Part shown: piece after piece, positions 36,655 through 44,223 of the stretch
Numbering within the stretch: the stretch's first letter is position 1
Layout: the number at the start of each line of letters is the position of its first letter
Source of the DNA: Nitrospirota bacterium
Lineage (GTDB): Bacteria > Nitrospirota > Thermodesulfovibrionia > UBA6902
Reading direction: 5' to 3'
Length of the DNA stretch: 64,000 nucleotides
Assembly: GCA_016215115.1 (NCBI GenBank)
Contig: JACRLN010000037.1
Span: 30,551-94,550, forward strand
Notes under the pieces: model-generated
The model's input: only the letters and a program-made list of their open reading frames with translations
What the model was told of the DNA's origin: nothing
Database searches by the model: none
Translations under genes and position numbers: made by a program

Positions 36655-37410
36655 ATGAATCCATCCCATTCTAACAACCGTACCGACCCCGAGCTCCTCG
36701 AAGCAAACCGCCGGTTCTATGACCCGCTTTGGACCGACGCGCATTTGGTTGAGCCCGAGCGCTTTAACACCTGGCCGCTCGTATGCTCACTTGTCTCTCC
36801 GTCGCGGCCTCGGCTCGAAGTCGCACCCGGGTTGAGACCCCGGCTCCCTCTCAAGGAGACGTACTTCGTGGATATCAGTGCGCCGGCAATTGCCAAACTG
36901 CGCGCGCGTGGAGCGAACGCAGTTCTGGGCCTCGTGTCCTCGCTGCCGTTTGCCGACGGCGCGTTCGATTTCGTGTGCGCTCTCGACATTGTGGAACATG
37001 TTGACAATGAGGATGGCGCTTTGTCCGAGCTGTCGCGCGTGGCCGCTCCCGGCGCAGCGTTTTTACTCTCGGTACCGCTTCACCCCTCGCAGTGGTCGGC
37101 ATTCGATGACTTCGTAGGGCACCGGCGCCGTTACGAGCCAGAGCTTTTACTCGCCAAACTCAAGGAGCACGGCTTTACTGTGGAGCAGAGCGCTATTTAT
37201 GGGATGAAGCCGAAATCGTCGCGCCTGCTCGATCTCGGGATGTGGTTCCTCACACATCGGCGCAAGAAGGCGATGTGGTGGTACAGTTATGTTTTCATGC
37301 CGCTGGGATTACGCTTTCAGAAAAAGCTCGCCCTCTTCCCCCATATGATCGACACCGGGATGGTGAGCGAAGTCCTGCTTGTCTGCCGGAAAGATGGAAA
37401 GAGAGAATAA
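36655..37410 (+). CDS. Class I SAM-dependent methyltransferase (GC-rich, compositionally foreign)
   Basis: 251 aa; FDFVCALDIVEHVDNEDGALSELSRVAAPGAAFLLSVP is typical of Methyltransf_11/23-type proteins. Hand-counted GC is 57% (36661-36720) and 72% (36901-36960). Confidence 0.6.
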   Translation: MNPSHSNNRTDPELLEANRRFYDPLWTDAHLVEPERFNTWPLVCSLVSPSRPRLEVAPGLRPRLPLKETYFVDISAPAIAKLRARGANAVLGLVSSLPFADGAFDFVCALDIVEHVDNEDGALSELSRVAAPGAAFLLSVPLHPSQWSAFDDFVGHRRRYEPELLLAKLKEHGFTVEQSAIYGMKPKSSRLLDLGMWFLTHRRKKAMWWYSYVFMPLGLRFQKKLALFPHMIDTGMVSEVLLVCRKDGKRE

Positions 37411-37454
37411 AAAGCCCGCCTGCATTCCAACTGTATCGAAGAAATCGCTTTTTC

Positions 37455-37563
37455 CGTCATACCCGCGAAGGCGGGTATCCAGAAGCCTGCCCTCGAAGGC
37501 ATTAATCGGGGGGCTTGGGTTTTAAAGAATACTGGATTCCCGATAAAGACCTCGGGAATGACG
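37455..37563. repeat. MITE family A copy A10
   Basis: cgtcatacccgcgaaggcgggtatccag ... ctggattcccgataaagacctcgggaatgac. Confidence 0.85.
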
Positions 37564-37586
37564 AATAAAGACTTTTGCAAGAGGCT

Positions 37587-38180
37587 CTACTGATAAAAAG
37601 ATATGCCAAAAAGTATCTTACTGGAATTTAACGGCTCATTCGGATCAGCGGTGTTTGCGTTTGAAATATGATGTAATCTGTAGTTGAATTCAATGGCGGT
37701 TCGTTCTTTTAATAAATAGCGCAGTCCAAAGCCTCCCTGATAATTACCGTTAAATTCAGAACCCAGCCCGTGTATATCAAGGTTAGTATAAACAAATCCC
37801 CCTCCGCCAAAGATATAAGGAACTATTCTTTCTGAAGCAGTAAAATTCCAACAGGCAAGAAAATTCATTCCTGTCATGATGGCTGACTTTGGATGGTATA
37901 CTGCAGAAAAGGGGACTTCAATAAGTATTTCATGACGCCCACGATACCATGATTTACCGGCTTCTTCGGACAGGAAGCGCCCATATTGCAAAATAAGATC
38001 AACATTTTCGACCCTTGTGCGGGTGGCGCCAAAGCCCGGATGCGTAACACCGTAGCCTCCCAGGAAGGTCCAATGGCTTTTTGCAGTATTAATTTTAAAT
38101 GCCTTTTCTTCCTGGGCTAAGACAGGAGGAGCAGAAAAAATAATTAAGAGCATTATTACAAGAAATAGCCGGGTTGTCAT
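37587..38180 (-). CDS. Outer-membrane acyloxyacyl hydrolase / lipid A 3-O-deacylase (PagL-like)
   Basis: 197 aa; signal peptide; beta-barrel-like alternating pattern; C-terminal LHHISNAN (the His-x-Ser catalytic motif of PagL). Confidence 0.65.
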   Translation of the reverse strand: MTTRLFLVIMLLIIFSAPPVLAQEEKAFKINTAKSHWTFLGGYGVTHPGFGATRTRVENVDLILQYGRFLSEEAGKSWYRGRHEILIEVPFSAVYHPKSAIMTGMNFLACWNFTASERIVPYIFGGGGFVYTNLDIHGLGSEFNGNYQGGFGLRYLLKERTAIEFNYRLHHISNANTADPNEPLNSSKILFGISFYQ

Positions 38181-38287
38181 TTTATTATTTTAACAGTATA
38201 CCAGACTGCAAAATATTAATATATTCAGTCTGTTTTTTTCACGGATATTTTTTAAAAAAATGTAACACTTCATCATTTATAGATGGT

Positions 38288-38408
38288 AATTACCCCCCTT
38301 TAGCAAAGGGGGGCGAGGGGGGATCCTTTAAATCATTCTATAAAATCTCCCCTAACCTCTCTTTTTCAAAGAGGGGGATAAATAATCCCTCCTTCACTGA
38401 AGGGTTAC
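38288..38408. repeat. MITE family C copy C2
   Basis: cccccctttagcaaagggggg, ataaaatctcccctaacc, ctctttttcaaagagggg and terminal cactgaagggttac; aligns with 61466-61588. Confidence 0.85.
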
Positions 38409-38520
38409 ACAATAATTATTATTTCCATTGCAACCTGTTTTTTGTTTATGTATCATATGGCAGTAGTTGCAAACCACATGAATTTGTGATATATCGTTTA
38501 TAAAGAAAGAGGGAGAGCTT

Positions 38521-38916
38521 ATGGAAAATTTTTTTTTGGGTGTCATTGCAGGTGGATTGATTATATTAGTTGCTTTTTTAGTTCCTGCCATTTCGCAGAT
38601 CAAAAGGACTGCAAAGGCTGCTGAAGATTTTCTGCAGTCAACACAGGATTCGCTCAATCCTCTTCTGAAAAGACTTCAGGAAACAGTTGAGAAGACAAAT
38701 CAGGTTGCTGCAAAATTAGATGAATCAGTCAGCAACGTGCAGCAGTTAACAAAAGCAGTGGGAGAGACCGGAGCAATAATTAGTGACATAAATAGTTTGG
38801 TCAGAAAAATACAAATGTTTTTTTCGGTTACGTCTTCAAGTTTTGGCGCTGGTATAAAAACAGCACTAAGTGTTTTAACACATGGAGCTATCCAGAAGAT
38901 TACCTCACAGAAGTAA
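38521..38916 (+). CDS. DUF948-type small membrane protein
   Basis: 131 aa; N-terminal TM FFLGVIAGGLIILVAFLVPAI followed by a coiled-coil-like segment. Confidence 0.6.
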   Translation: MENFFLGVIAGGLIILVAFLVPAISQIKRTAKAAEDFLQSTQDSLNPLLKRLQETVEKTNQVAAKLDESVSNVQQLTKAVGETGAIISDINSLVRKIQMFFSVTSSSFGAGIKTALSVLTHGAIQKITSQK

Positions 38917-38931
38917 GGAGTTGCTGAGGAG

Positions 38932-39081
38932 TTTATTAATAAAGCCATATTAGTTGTCATTCCCGCAGTCAGTTAGCGGGAATCTATCTAAGGAACTGGA
39001 TTCCCATTTTCACGGGAAGCCCTGGATGCCCGATTAAGCCTGTCCCCGCAGGCAGTAGGCGGGGAAACTTCGGGCATGACG
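38932..39081. repeat. MITE family A copy A11 (three hairpins)
   Basis: taaagccatattagttgtcattcccgcagtcagttagcgggaatc, ctggattcccattttcacgggaag, ctggatgcccgattaagcc...cttcgggcatgac. Confidence 0.85.
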
Positions 39082-39131
39082 GTTAAACAGGCGTTATTGA
39101 AATACAAACAACCTTAAAAAAGGAGGAGAAC

Positions 39132-39443
39132 ATGAACGACGAAAGAGGATTTTCTGCAGGCAGTGTTATTCTTGCATTTGTTTTAGGAGGTATTGTAGGT
39201 GCAGGGATTGCTTTACTTACAGCTCCGCAGTCAGGAAGAGAAACCAGGGAGAAGATAAAAGAATTTGCTGACGAAACCAGGAAGAAGGCTAATGAATATG
39301 CCGGACAGGTAAAAGATAAAGTTTCGTCTGCCGTCGAGAGCGGTAAGCATTTTGTTGAAGAGAAGAAGTCATTGATTTCTACAGCAATAGATGCCGGCAA
39401 AGAGGCGTACTCGAAAGAAAAAGAAAAACTATCGAAAGGATAA
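39132..39443 (+). CDS. YtxH-domain protein
   Basis: 103 aa; FVLGGIVGAGIALLTAPQSGRETREKI is the YtxH signature. Confidence 0.7.
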   Translation: MNDERGFSAGSVILAFVLGGIVGAGIALLTAPQSGRETREKIKEFADETRKKANEYAGQVKDKVSSAVESGKHFVEEKKSLISTAIDAGKEAYSKEKEKLSKG

Positions 39444-39524
39444 ACGGCAGCAATCGGGATTAGCTGTCAGTGAACGCAATTGAAGCTGAATGCTGACTGC
39501 TGATCGCTGACCGCTTTTTTAAAA

Positions 39525-39830
39525 ATGCTTGTTGAATTCAGCATAATACCTATTGGCAAGGGCTCCAGTATCGGAGATGATATTGCTAATGTCCTTGAGA
39601 TAGTTGACGGCAGCAAGTTGCCGTATAAAATAAACCCTATGGGTACTGTCGTTGAAGGCAGTTGGGATGAAGTTGCAAGATTGATTAAGAAATGCCACAA
39701 TACCGTTTTGAAAAACAGTGAGAGGATACTAACGACAATATCTATTGATGACAGAAAAGGAAAGACAAACAGAATTGAGGAGAAAGTTAAATCAGTAGAA
39801 AAAAGATTGCACAGGACTTTAAGGAAATAA
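39525..39830 (+). CDS. MTH1187/YkoF-family (UPF0045, thiamine-binding-like) protein
   Basis: 101 aa; MLVEFSIIPIG...MGTVVEGSWDEV is typical of the family. Confidence 0.7.
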   Translation: MLVEFSIIPIGKGSSIGDDIANVLEIVDGSKLPYKINPMGTVVEGSWDEVARLIKKCHNTVLKNSERILTTISIDDRKGKTNRIEEKVKSVEKRLHRTLRK

Positions 39831-39843
39831 GGAAAACGCCCTG

Positions 39844-42800
39844 ATGGAGAGATTTATAGGACTTGACGCAGGCTCTGTAAGTGTAAAACTTGCTGTTCTT
39901 GATACTAGGGGAAATATCCTCGAAACCAAGTATGTCAGACACAAAGGCAACCCACTCCCTGTTGCTTACGAACTCTTAAAAACTGTAACGCGTGTAGGGG
40001 CGTTGCATGCAACGCCCCTACTTTCCGTTACAGGCTCAGCCGGCAAGATTATTGCCGGAGCCTTCGGCATAAAGCCTGTAAATGAAGTAGTCGCCCTCAG
40101 TTATTCAACTAAAAAACTTTATCCTGAAGTCAGAACCGCTATTGAGATGGGGGGCGAGGACTCAAAGCTCATCCTGCTTGAGAATGGCACGGTCAAGGAG
40201 TTTTCCATGAACTCCGTTTGCGCTGCAGGAACAGGCTCCTTCATTGATCAGCAGGCGGAAAGACTTAACCTCAGTATAGAAGAGTTCAGTGATCTCTCCC
40301 TCAGGTCGGAACACCCTCCCCGCATAGCCGGCAGATGCAGTGTCTTTGCAAAATCGGATATGATCCATCTTCAGCAGATAGCCACGCCTGTTGAGGATAT
40401 TGTCGCTGGACTTTGCTTTGCAGTTACAAGAAATTTCAAAGGCAGTATCTGCAAGAATATGGAGTTGCCTGAACCCATAAGTTTTCAGGGAGGTGTAGCA
40501 GCTAATAAGGGCGTTGTAAGGGCGTTCAGGGAAGTATTAAATACAGATAACATCATAATCCCCGAACATTTTGCGATAATGCCTGCAATAGGCGCTGTTT
40601 TGAAGGATATGGAGGAGGGTATAGAAAATAATTTTGATATTGAAAGGCTGAAATTATTTATTGAGACTCTGAAAGATGAGGAACATGGACATAAACCGTT
40701 GAAGAAAGTCAGAAGTCAGAAGTCAGAAGGTGGAAGTAAAGAAGAAAATGAGAAGATGAAAAGTATGAACTCGTCACTCGTCACTCATCACTCATCACTG
40801 CCTTTAAACGCTTATCTCGGCATCGATATCGGTTCGATAAGCACCAACCTTGCCGTTATTGATGAAGAGGGCAGGCTGCTTGCAAAGAGCTATCTCATGA
40901 CTGCGGGAAGGCCGATTGAAGCAGTAAAAAAAGGACTTGAAGAAATAGGCAGCGAGGTTGGTGATGAGGTCAATATTCTCGGAGTTGGGACCACAGGGTC
41001 CGGCAGGTACATGATTGCTGATTTTGTCGGCGCTGACATCGTAAAAAATGAAATTACCGCGCAGGCAACTGCTGCTGTGGAAATAGACCCTGAAGTGGAC
41101 ACTATTTTTGAAATCGGCGGGCAGGATTCAAAATATATTTCCATACGTAATGGCATAATTGTTGATTTTGAAATGAACAAGGCGTGTGCGGCAGGCACAG
41201 GTTCTTTTATTGAAGAACAGGCTGAGAAACTTGGCATATTGGTGAAAAACGAATTTGCTCAATTAGCGTTTAATTCACAGAAACCATGCTCCCTTGGAGA
41301 AAGGTGTACTGTTTTTATGGAAAACTCTCTCCTGTCGAAACAGCAGAAAGGCGCAACAAAGGAAGACCTTACGGCAGGACTTGCTTATTCAATTGTTCAG
41401 AACTATATAAACCGTGTTGTCGGAGACAGGGCGGTCGGAAAAAAGATATTTTTCCAGGGGGGCGTGGCTTTTAACAAGAGCGTTGTTGCGGCCTTTGAAA
41501 ATTATCTCGACCGAAAAATTATTGTACCCCCTCATCATGATGTTACAGGCGCTATCGGGATGGCTATGATTGCGAAGAAGCATATGGAGAGTCAGAACTC
41601 AGCAATCAGCGTTCAGCGTTCAGGAGTAGGGGCAATTCATGAATTGCCACTACATAAATCACCGGTTACATCTTTCAAAGGTTTTGACCTTTCAAAAAGA
41701 GATTACGAGATTAAATCATTTATGTGCAAAGGATGCGATAATCTTTGCGAGATAAACAGGGTTCAGGTAGACGGGGAGAAAGAGCCGCTTTATTATGGAA
41801 GCAGGTGTGAAAAATATGACGTTAAATGCAAGAAAAATACTTCTGCAAAGAATATGCCGGACCTCTTCGCCGAACGTGAGGAGTTGCTTTTAAAAGCGCA
41901 CAGGAAATACTCTGAAAAACTCAAAACTCAAAACTCAAAACTCAAAACTCGTATCGGCATTCCCCGCATATTCTTCTTCCAGGATTTCCTCCCTTTCTGG
42001 AGTACGCTTCTATGGGAACTCGGATTTGAAGTAGAGTTTTCAGACAATACAAACAGGAAAATAATAAACAAAGGCGTTGAGAATATCCTTGCTGAAAGTT
42101 GTTTTCCTCACAAGGTTGCACATGGCCATATCAGAGACCTGATAGACAAAAATGTCGACGCAATATTTTTGCCGAGTTTTATAAATTTTAATCATGAAAA
42201 TGAGTCAGTACGCAGTTTCGCATGTCCCTATACACAGACAATGCCATATATAGCCGGCATAGCCTTCGAGAAGGCGAGACTTATTAAACCAATAATAAAT
42301 CTTGAACGTGGAAGGCCATATCTTATCAATGAAATATACAGATCCCTTAAACCATTTCATGTAACAAAACGTGCAATTGTAAATACTCTGGATAAAGCTG
42401 ACAGGGCGCAGAAGGAATTTACTTCTGCAATTAAAAACCGCGGCAGAGAGATTCTTGAGAAAATCACCGGGAGGACTATTGTAATTGTTGGCCGTTCGTA
42501 CAACGCTTTTGATTCAGGCGTCAATCTTGAAATACCGAAGAAATTGGCGGCCCTCGGCGTATTTTCCATCCCCATGGATTATCTCCCTTTGGAATCAGTT
42601 GACATCTTTGATAAATGGGCCAATATGTACTGGAGGTCGGGGCAGAACATTCTTAGGGCTGCTGAGATAATAAGAGACAATCAAAAACTATTTGCACTTT
42701 ATATCGGCAACTTTTCCTGCGGTCCTGATTCTTTTATACAGCATTTTTTTGATGGAACAATGTCAAATAAGCCATTTCTGAATATTGAAATCGATGAACA

Positions 42801-44172
42801 CAGCGCTGATGCCGGGGTGATAACAAGATGCGAGGCCTTTCTTGACAGCATAGAAGGACAGAGCAGAGGAGCAGAAGAACGGAAGCGGGAAAGCGGGAAA
42901 GTACGGAAGTCTGTAAGCGAAGAGGCAACTTCCCCGCTTCCCCGCTTCCCCGCTTCTTCACTTAAGAGACGGGTTGTTTACATACCTATGATGTCCGATC
43001 ATGCATTCGGTCTTGCAGCCGCTTTTGAGGCATGCGGGCTTGAGGCTGAGGTAATGAAGGCCCCTGATGTTGAAACCGTAACAATTGGAAGACGGTTTGT
43101 GTCGGGAAAAGAATGTTATCCTTGTGCTATTACAACTGGAGATATGGTGAAAAAGGCCCTGTCAGCCGGCTTCGATCCGGACAGGGCTGCGTTTTTCATG
43201 CCGTCCGGAGCAGGTCCTTGCCGCTTTGGGCAGTATAACGTCTTTCACAGACTGGTCCTTGATGAAGCAGGATTTCCGGAGGTCCCGATATTTTCGCCAA
43301 ATCAGGATGAATCACTTTATACGGTCCTCGGCATGGTTGGAAAGGATTTTTCAAAACAGGTATGGAAAGGTGTTATAGCTATAGAACTGCTTATGAAGTG
43401 TCTTCATGAAACGAGACCCTATGAAGTCAATAAAGGTGAGACGGATGATCTTTATCAGGGATATTTGAAAAAAATCAGCGGGGCCTTGAAAAGCGGTAAC
43501 GGAAGTATGACCGAACTTTTCAATGATATGCGCAGGTCTTTTTCGGAAATAAAAAAGAAAGAAGACAAAAAGCCTTTAATCGGTGTCATCGGAGAGATAT
43601 TTGTCAGACACAATAAGTTTGCCAATGAAGACATCATCAGAAAGATTGAGGCGCTGGGCGGTGAAGTGTGGCTTGCTCCCGTGGAAGAATGGCTTTATTA
43701 TGTAAATTATACAGCCCTGCGGCAATCTATTGTAAATCTCCGTAATTCTTTCACCCAAAAGCTTGCAGAGGATCTTTTAAGGACAGTAATTGCAAGACAT
43801 GTTCAGAAGAAAACTGAACATAAATATTCTAAACCCTTTGAAGGGTTTTTGAGGACTCTTAAAGAACCTTCTACAACTGAAATACTGAAGAACGCCTCTC
43901 CTTATCTTCACGATTCATTTGAAGGGGAGGCTGTCTTGAGCATGGGTAAGGCAGTTGATTTTGTTAATAAAGGAGCCTCCGGTATAATCAGCGCAATGCC
44001 CTTTGGATGCATGCCCGGCACAATTGTAAGCGCTTTGCTGAAAGGACTCAGACAGAATGAAAGCATTCCCTGCCTCAGCGTAGCATACGACGGAGTTGAG
44101 ACAACATGTTCAGGGATACAGCTTGAGGCGTTTATGCATCAGGCCGGTGAGTATATGAAGATGAGGGGTTAG
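39844..44172 (+). CDS. Fusion of two BcrAD/BadFG (HgdC-like) activase domains with a 2-hydroxyacyl-CoA dehydratase-like (DUF2229-type) region; PlsA-PlsR / Ger-like candidate ether-lipid enzyme
   Basis: 1442 aa; two copies of GLDxGS...GGxDSK...CAAGTGSF...RC(S/T)VF; Cys-rich CKGCDNLCE...GSRCEKYD; the C-terminal two-thirds are dehydratase-component-like; interrupted by low-complexity repeat-encoded linkers. Confidence 0.8.
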   Translation: MERFIGLDAGSVSVKLAVLDTRGNILETKYVRHKGNPLPVAYELLKTVTRVGALHATPLLSVTGSAGKIIAGAFGIKPVNEVVALSYSTKKLYPEVRTAIEMGGEDSKLILLENGTVKEFSMNSVCAAGTGSFIDQQAERLNLSIEEFSDLSLRSEHPPRIAGRCSVFAKSDMIHLQQIATPVEDIVAGLCFAVTRNFKGSICKNMELPEPISFQGGVAANKGVVRAFREVLNTDNIIIPEHFAIMPAIGAVLKDMEEGIENNFDIERLKLFIETLKDEEHGHKPLKKVRSQKSEGGSKEENEKMKSMNSSLVTHHSSLPLNAYLGIDIGSISTNLAVIDEEGRLLAKSYLMTAGRPIEAVKKGLEEIGSEVGDEVNILGVGTTGSGRYMIADFVGADIVKNEITAQATAAVEIDPEVDTIFEIGGQDSKYISIRNGIIVDFEMNKACAAGTGSFIEEQAEKLGILVKNEFAQLAFNSQKPCSLGERCTVFMENSLLSKQQKGATKEDLTAGLAYSIVQNYINRVVGDRAVGKKIFFQGGVAFNKSVVAAFENYLDRKIIVPPHHDVTGAIGMAMIAKKHMESQNSAISVQRSGVGAIHELPLHKSPVTSFKGFDLSKRDYEIKSFMCKGCDNLCEINRVQVDGEKEPLYYGSRCEKYDVKCKKNTSAKNMPDLFAEREELLLKAHRKYSEKLKTQNSKLKTRIGIPRIFFFQDFLPFWSTLLWELGFEVEFSDNTNRKIINKGVENILAESCFPHKVAHGHIRDLIDKNVDAIFLPSFINFNHENESVRSFACPYTQTMPYIAGIAFEKARLIKPIINLERGRPYLINEIYRSLKPFHVTKRAIVNTLDKADRAQKEFTSAIKNRGREILEKITGRTIVIVGRSYNAFDSGVNLEIPKKLAALGVFSIPMDYLPLESVDIFDKWANMYWRSGQNILRAAEIIRDNQKLFALYIGNFSCGPDSFIQHFFDGTMSNKPFLNIEIDEHSADAGVITRCEAFLDSIEGQSRGAEERKRESGKVRKSVSEEATSPLPRFPASSLKRRVVYIPMMSDHAFGLAAAFEACGLEAEVMKAPDVETVTIGRRFVSGKECYPCAITTGDMVKKALSAGFDPDRAAFFMPSGAGPCRFGQYNVFHRLVLDEAGFPEVPIFSPNQDESLYTVLGMVGKDFSKQVWKGVIAIELLMKCLHETRPYEVNKGETDDLYQGYLKKISGALKSGNGSMTELFNDMRRSFSEIKKKEDKKPLIGVIGEIFVRHNKFANEDIIRKIEALGGEVWLAPVEEWLYYVNYTALRQSIVNLRNSFTQKLAEDLLRTVIARHVQKKTEHKYSKPFEGFLRTLKEPSTTEILKNASPYLHDSFEGEAVLSMGKAVDFVNKGASGIISAMPFGCMPGTIVSALLKGLRQNESIPCLSVAYDGVETTCSGIQLEAFMHQAGEYMKMRG
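39994..40021. repeat. Perfect 28-bp palindrome (GTAGGGGC..GCCCCTAC family) inside a CDS
   Basis: gtaggggcgttgcatgcaacgcccctac; related copies at 41626-41653 (in a CDS) and 62728-62756 (intergenic). Confidence 0.9.
40708..40799. repeat. Two heptanucleotide micro-arrays inside a CDS linker
   Basis: gtcagaa x3 (40708-40728) and actcgtc/actcatc x4 (40769-40796) flanking an AG-rich core; encodes SQKSEGGSKEENEKMKSMNSSLVTHHSSL. Confidence 0.85.
41593..41653. repeat. Low-complexity CAGCGTTCAGC block plus a 28-bp imperfect palindrome inside a CDS linker
   Basis: cagaactcagcaatcagcgttcagcgttcagg + gtaggggcaattcatgaattgccactac. The first part resembles the reverse complement of intergenic 39467-39512. 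Confidence 0.75.
41920..41950. repeat. Heptanucleotide array CTCAAAA x4 inside a CDS linker
   Basis: ctcaaaactcaaaactcaaaactcaaaactc; encodes KTQNSKLKT. Confidence 0.85.
42881..42956. repeat. Imperfect inverted repeat (GGAAGCGGG type) inside a CDS linker
   Basis: Left arm ggaagcgggaaagcgggaaagtacggaagt; right arm acttccccgcttccccgcttccccgcttc; an intergenic relative lies at 54062-54130. Confidence 0.8.
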
Positions 44173-44223
44173 GAGACAGATATCTTAAGTAAAATAGGAA
44201 CAGCTGTTGTTGTCTCTTTTATC

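Noticed and set aside
36717-37117. Stack of 70-96-aa ORFs in several frames on both strands
   Set aside because: These are typical stop-poor shadow frames of a high-GC segment. Only the 251-aa plus-strand frame has methyltransferase-like motifs.
38458-38471. TGGCAGTAGTTGCA upstream of the DUF948 gene as a second sigma-54 promoter
   Set aside because: GG and GC are separated by 8 nt instead of the required 10, so the -24/-12 phasing is wrong.
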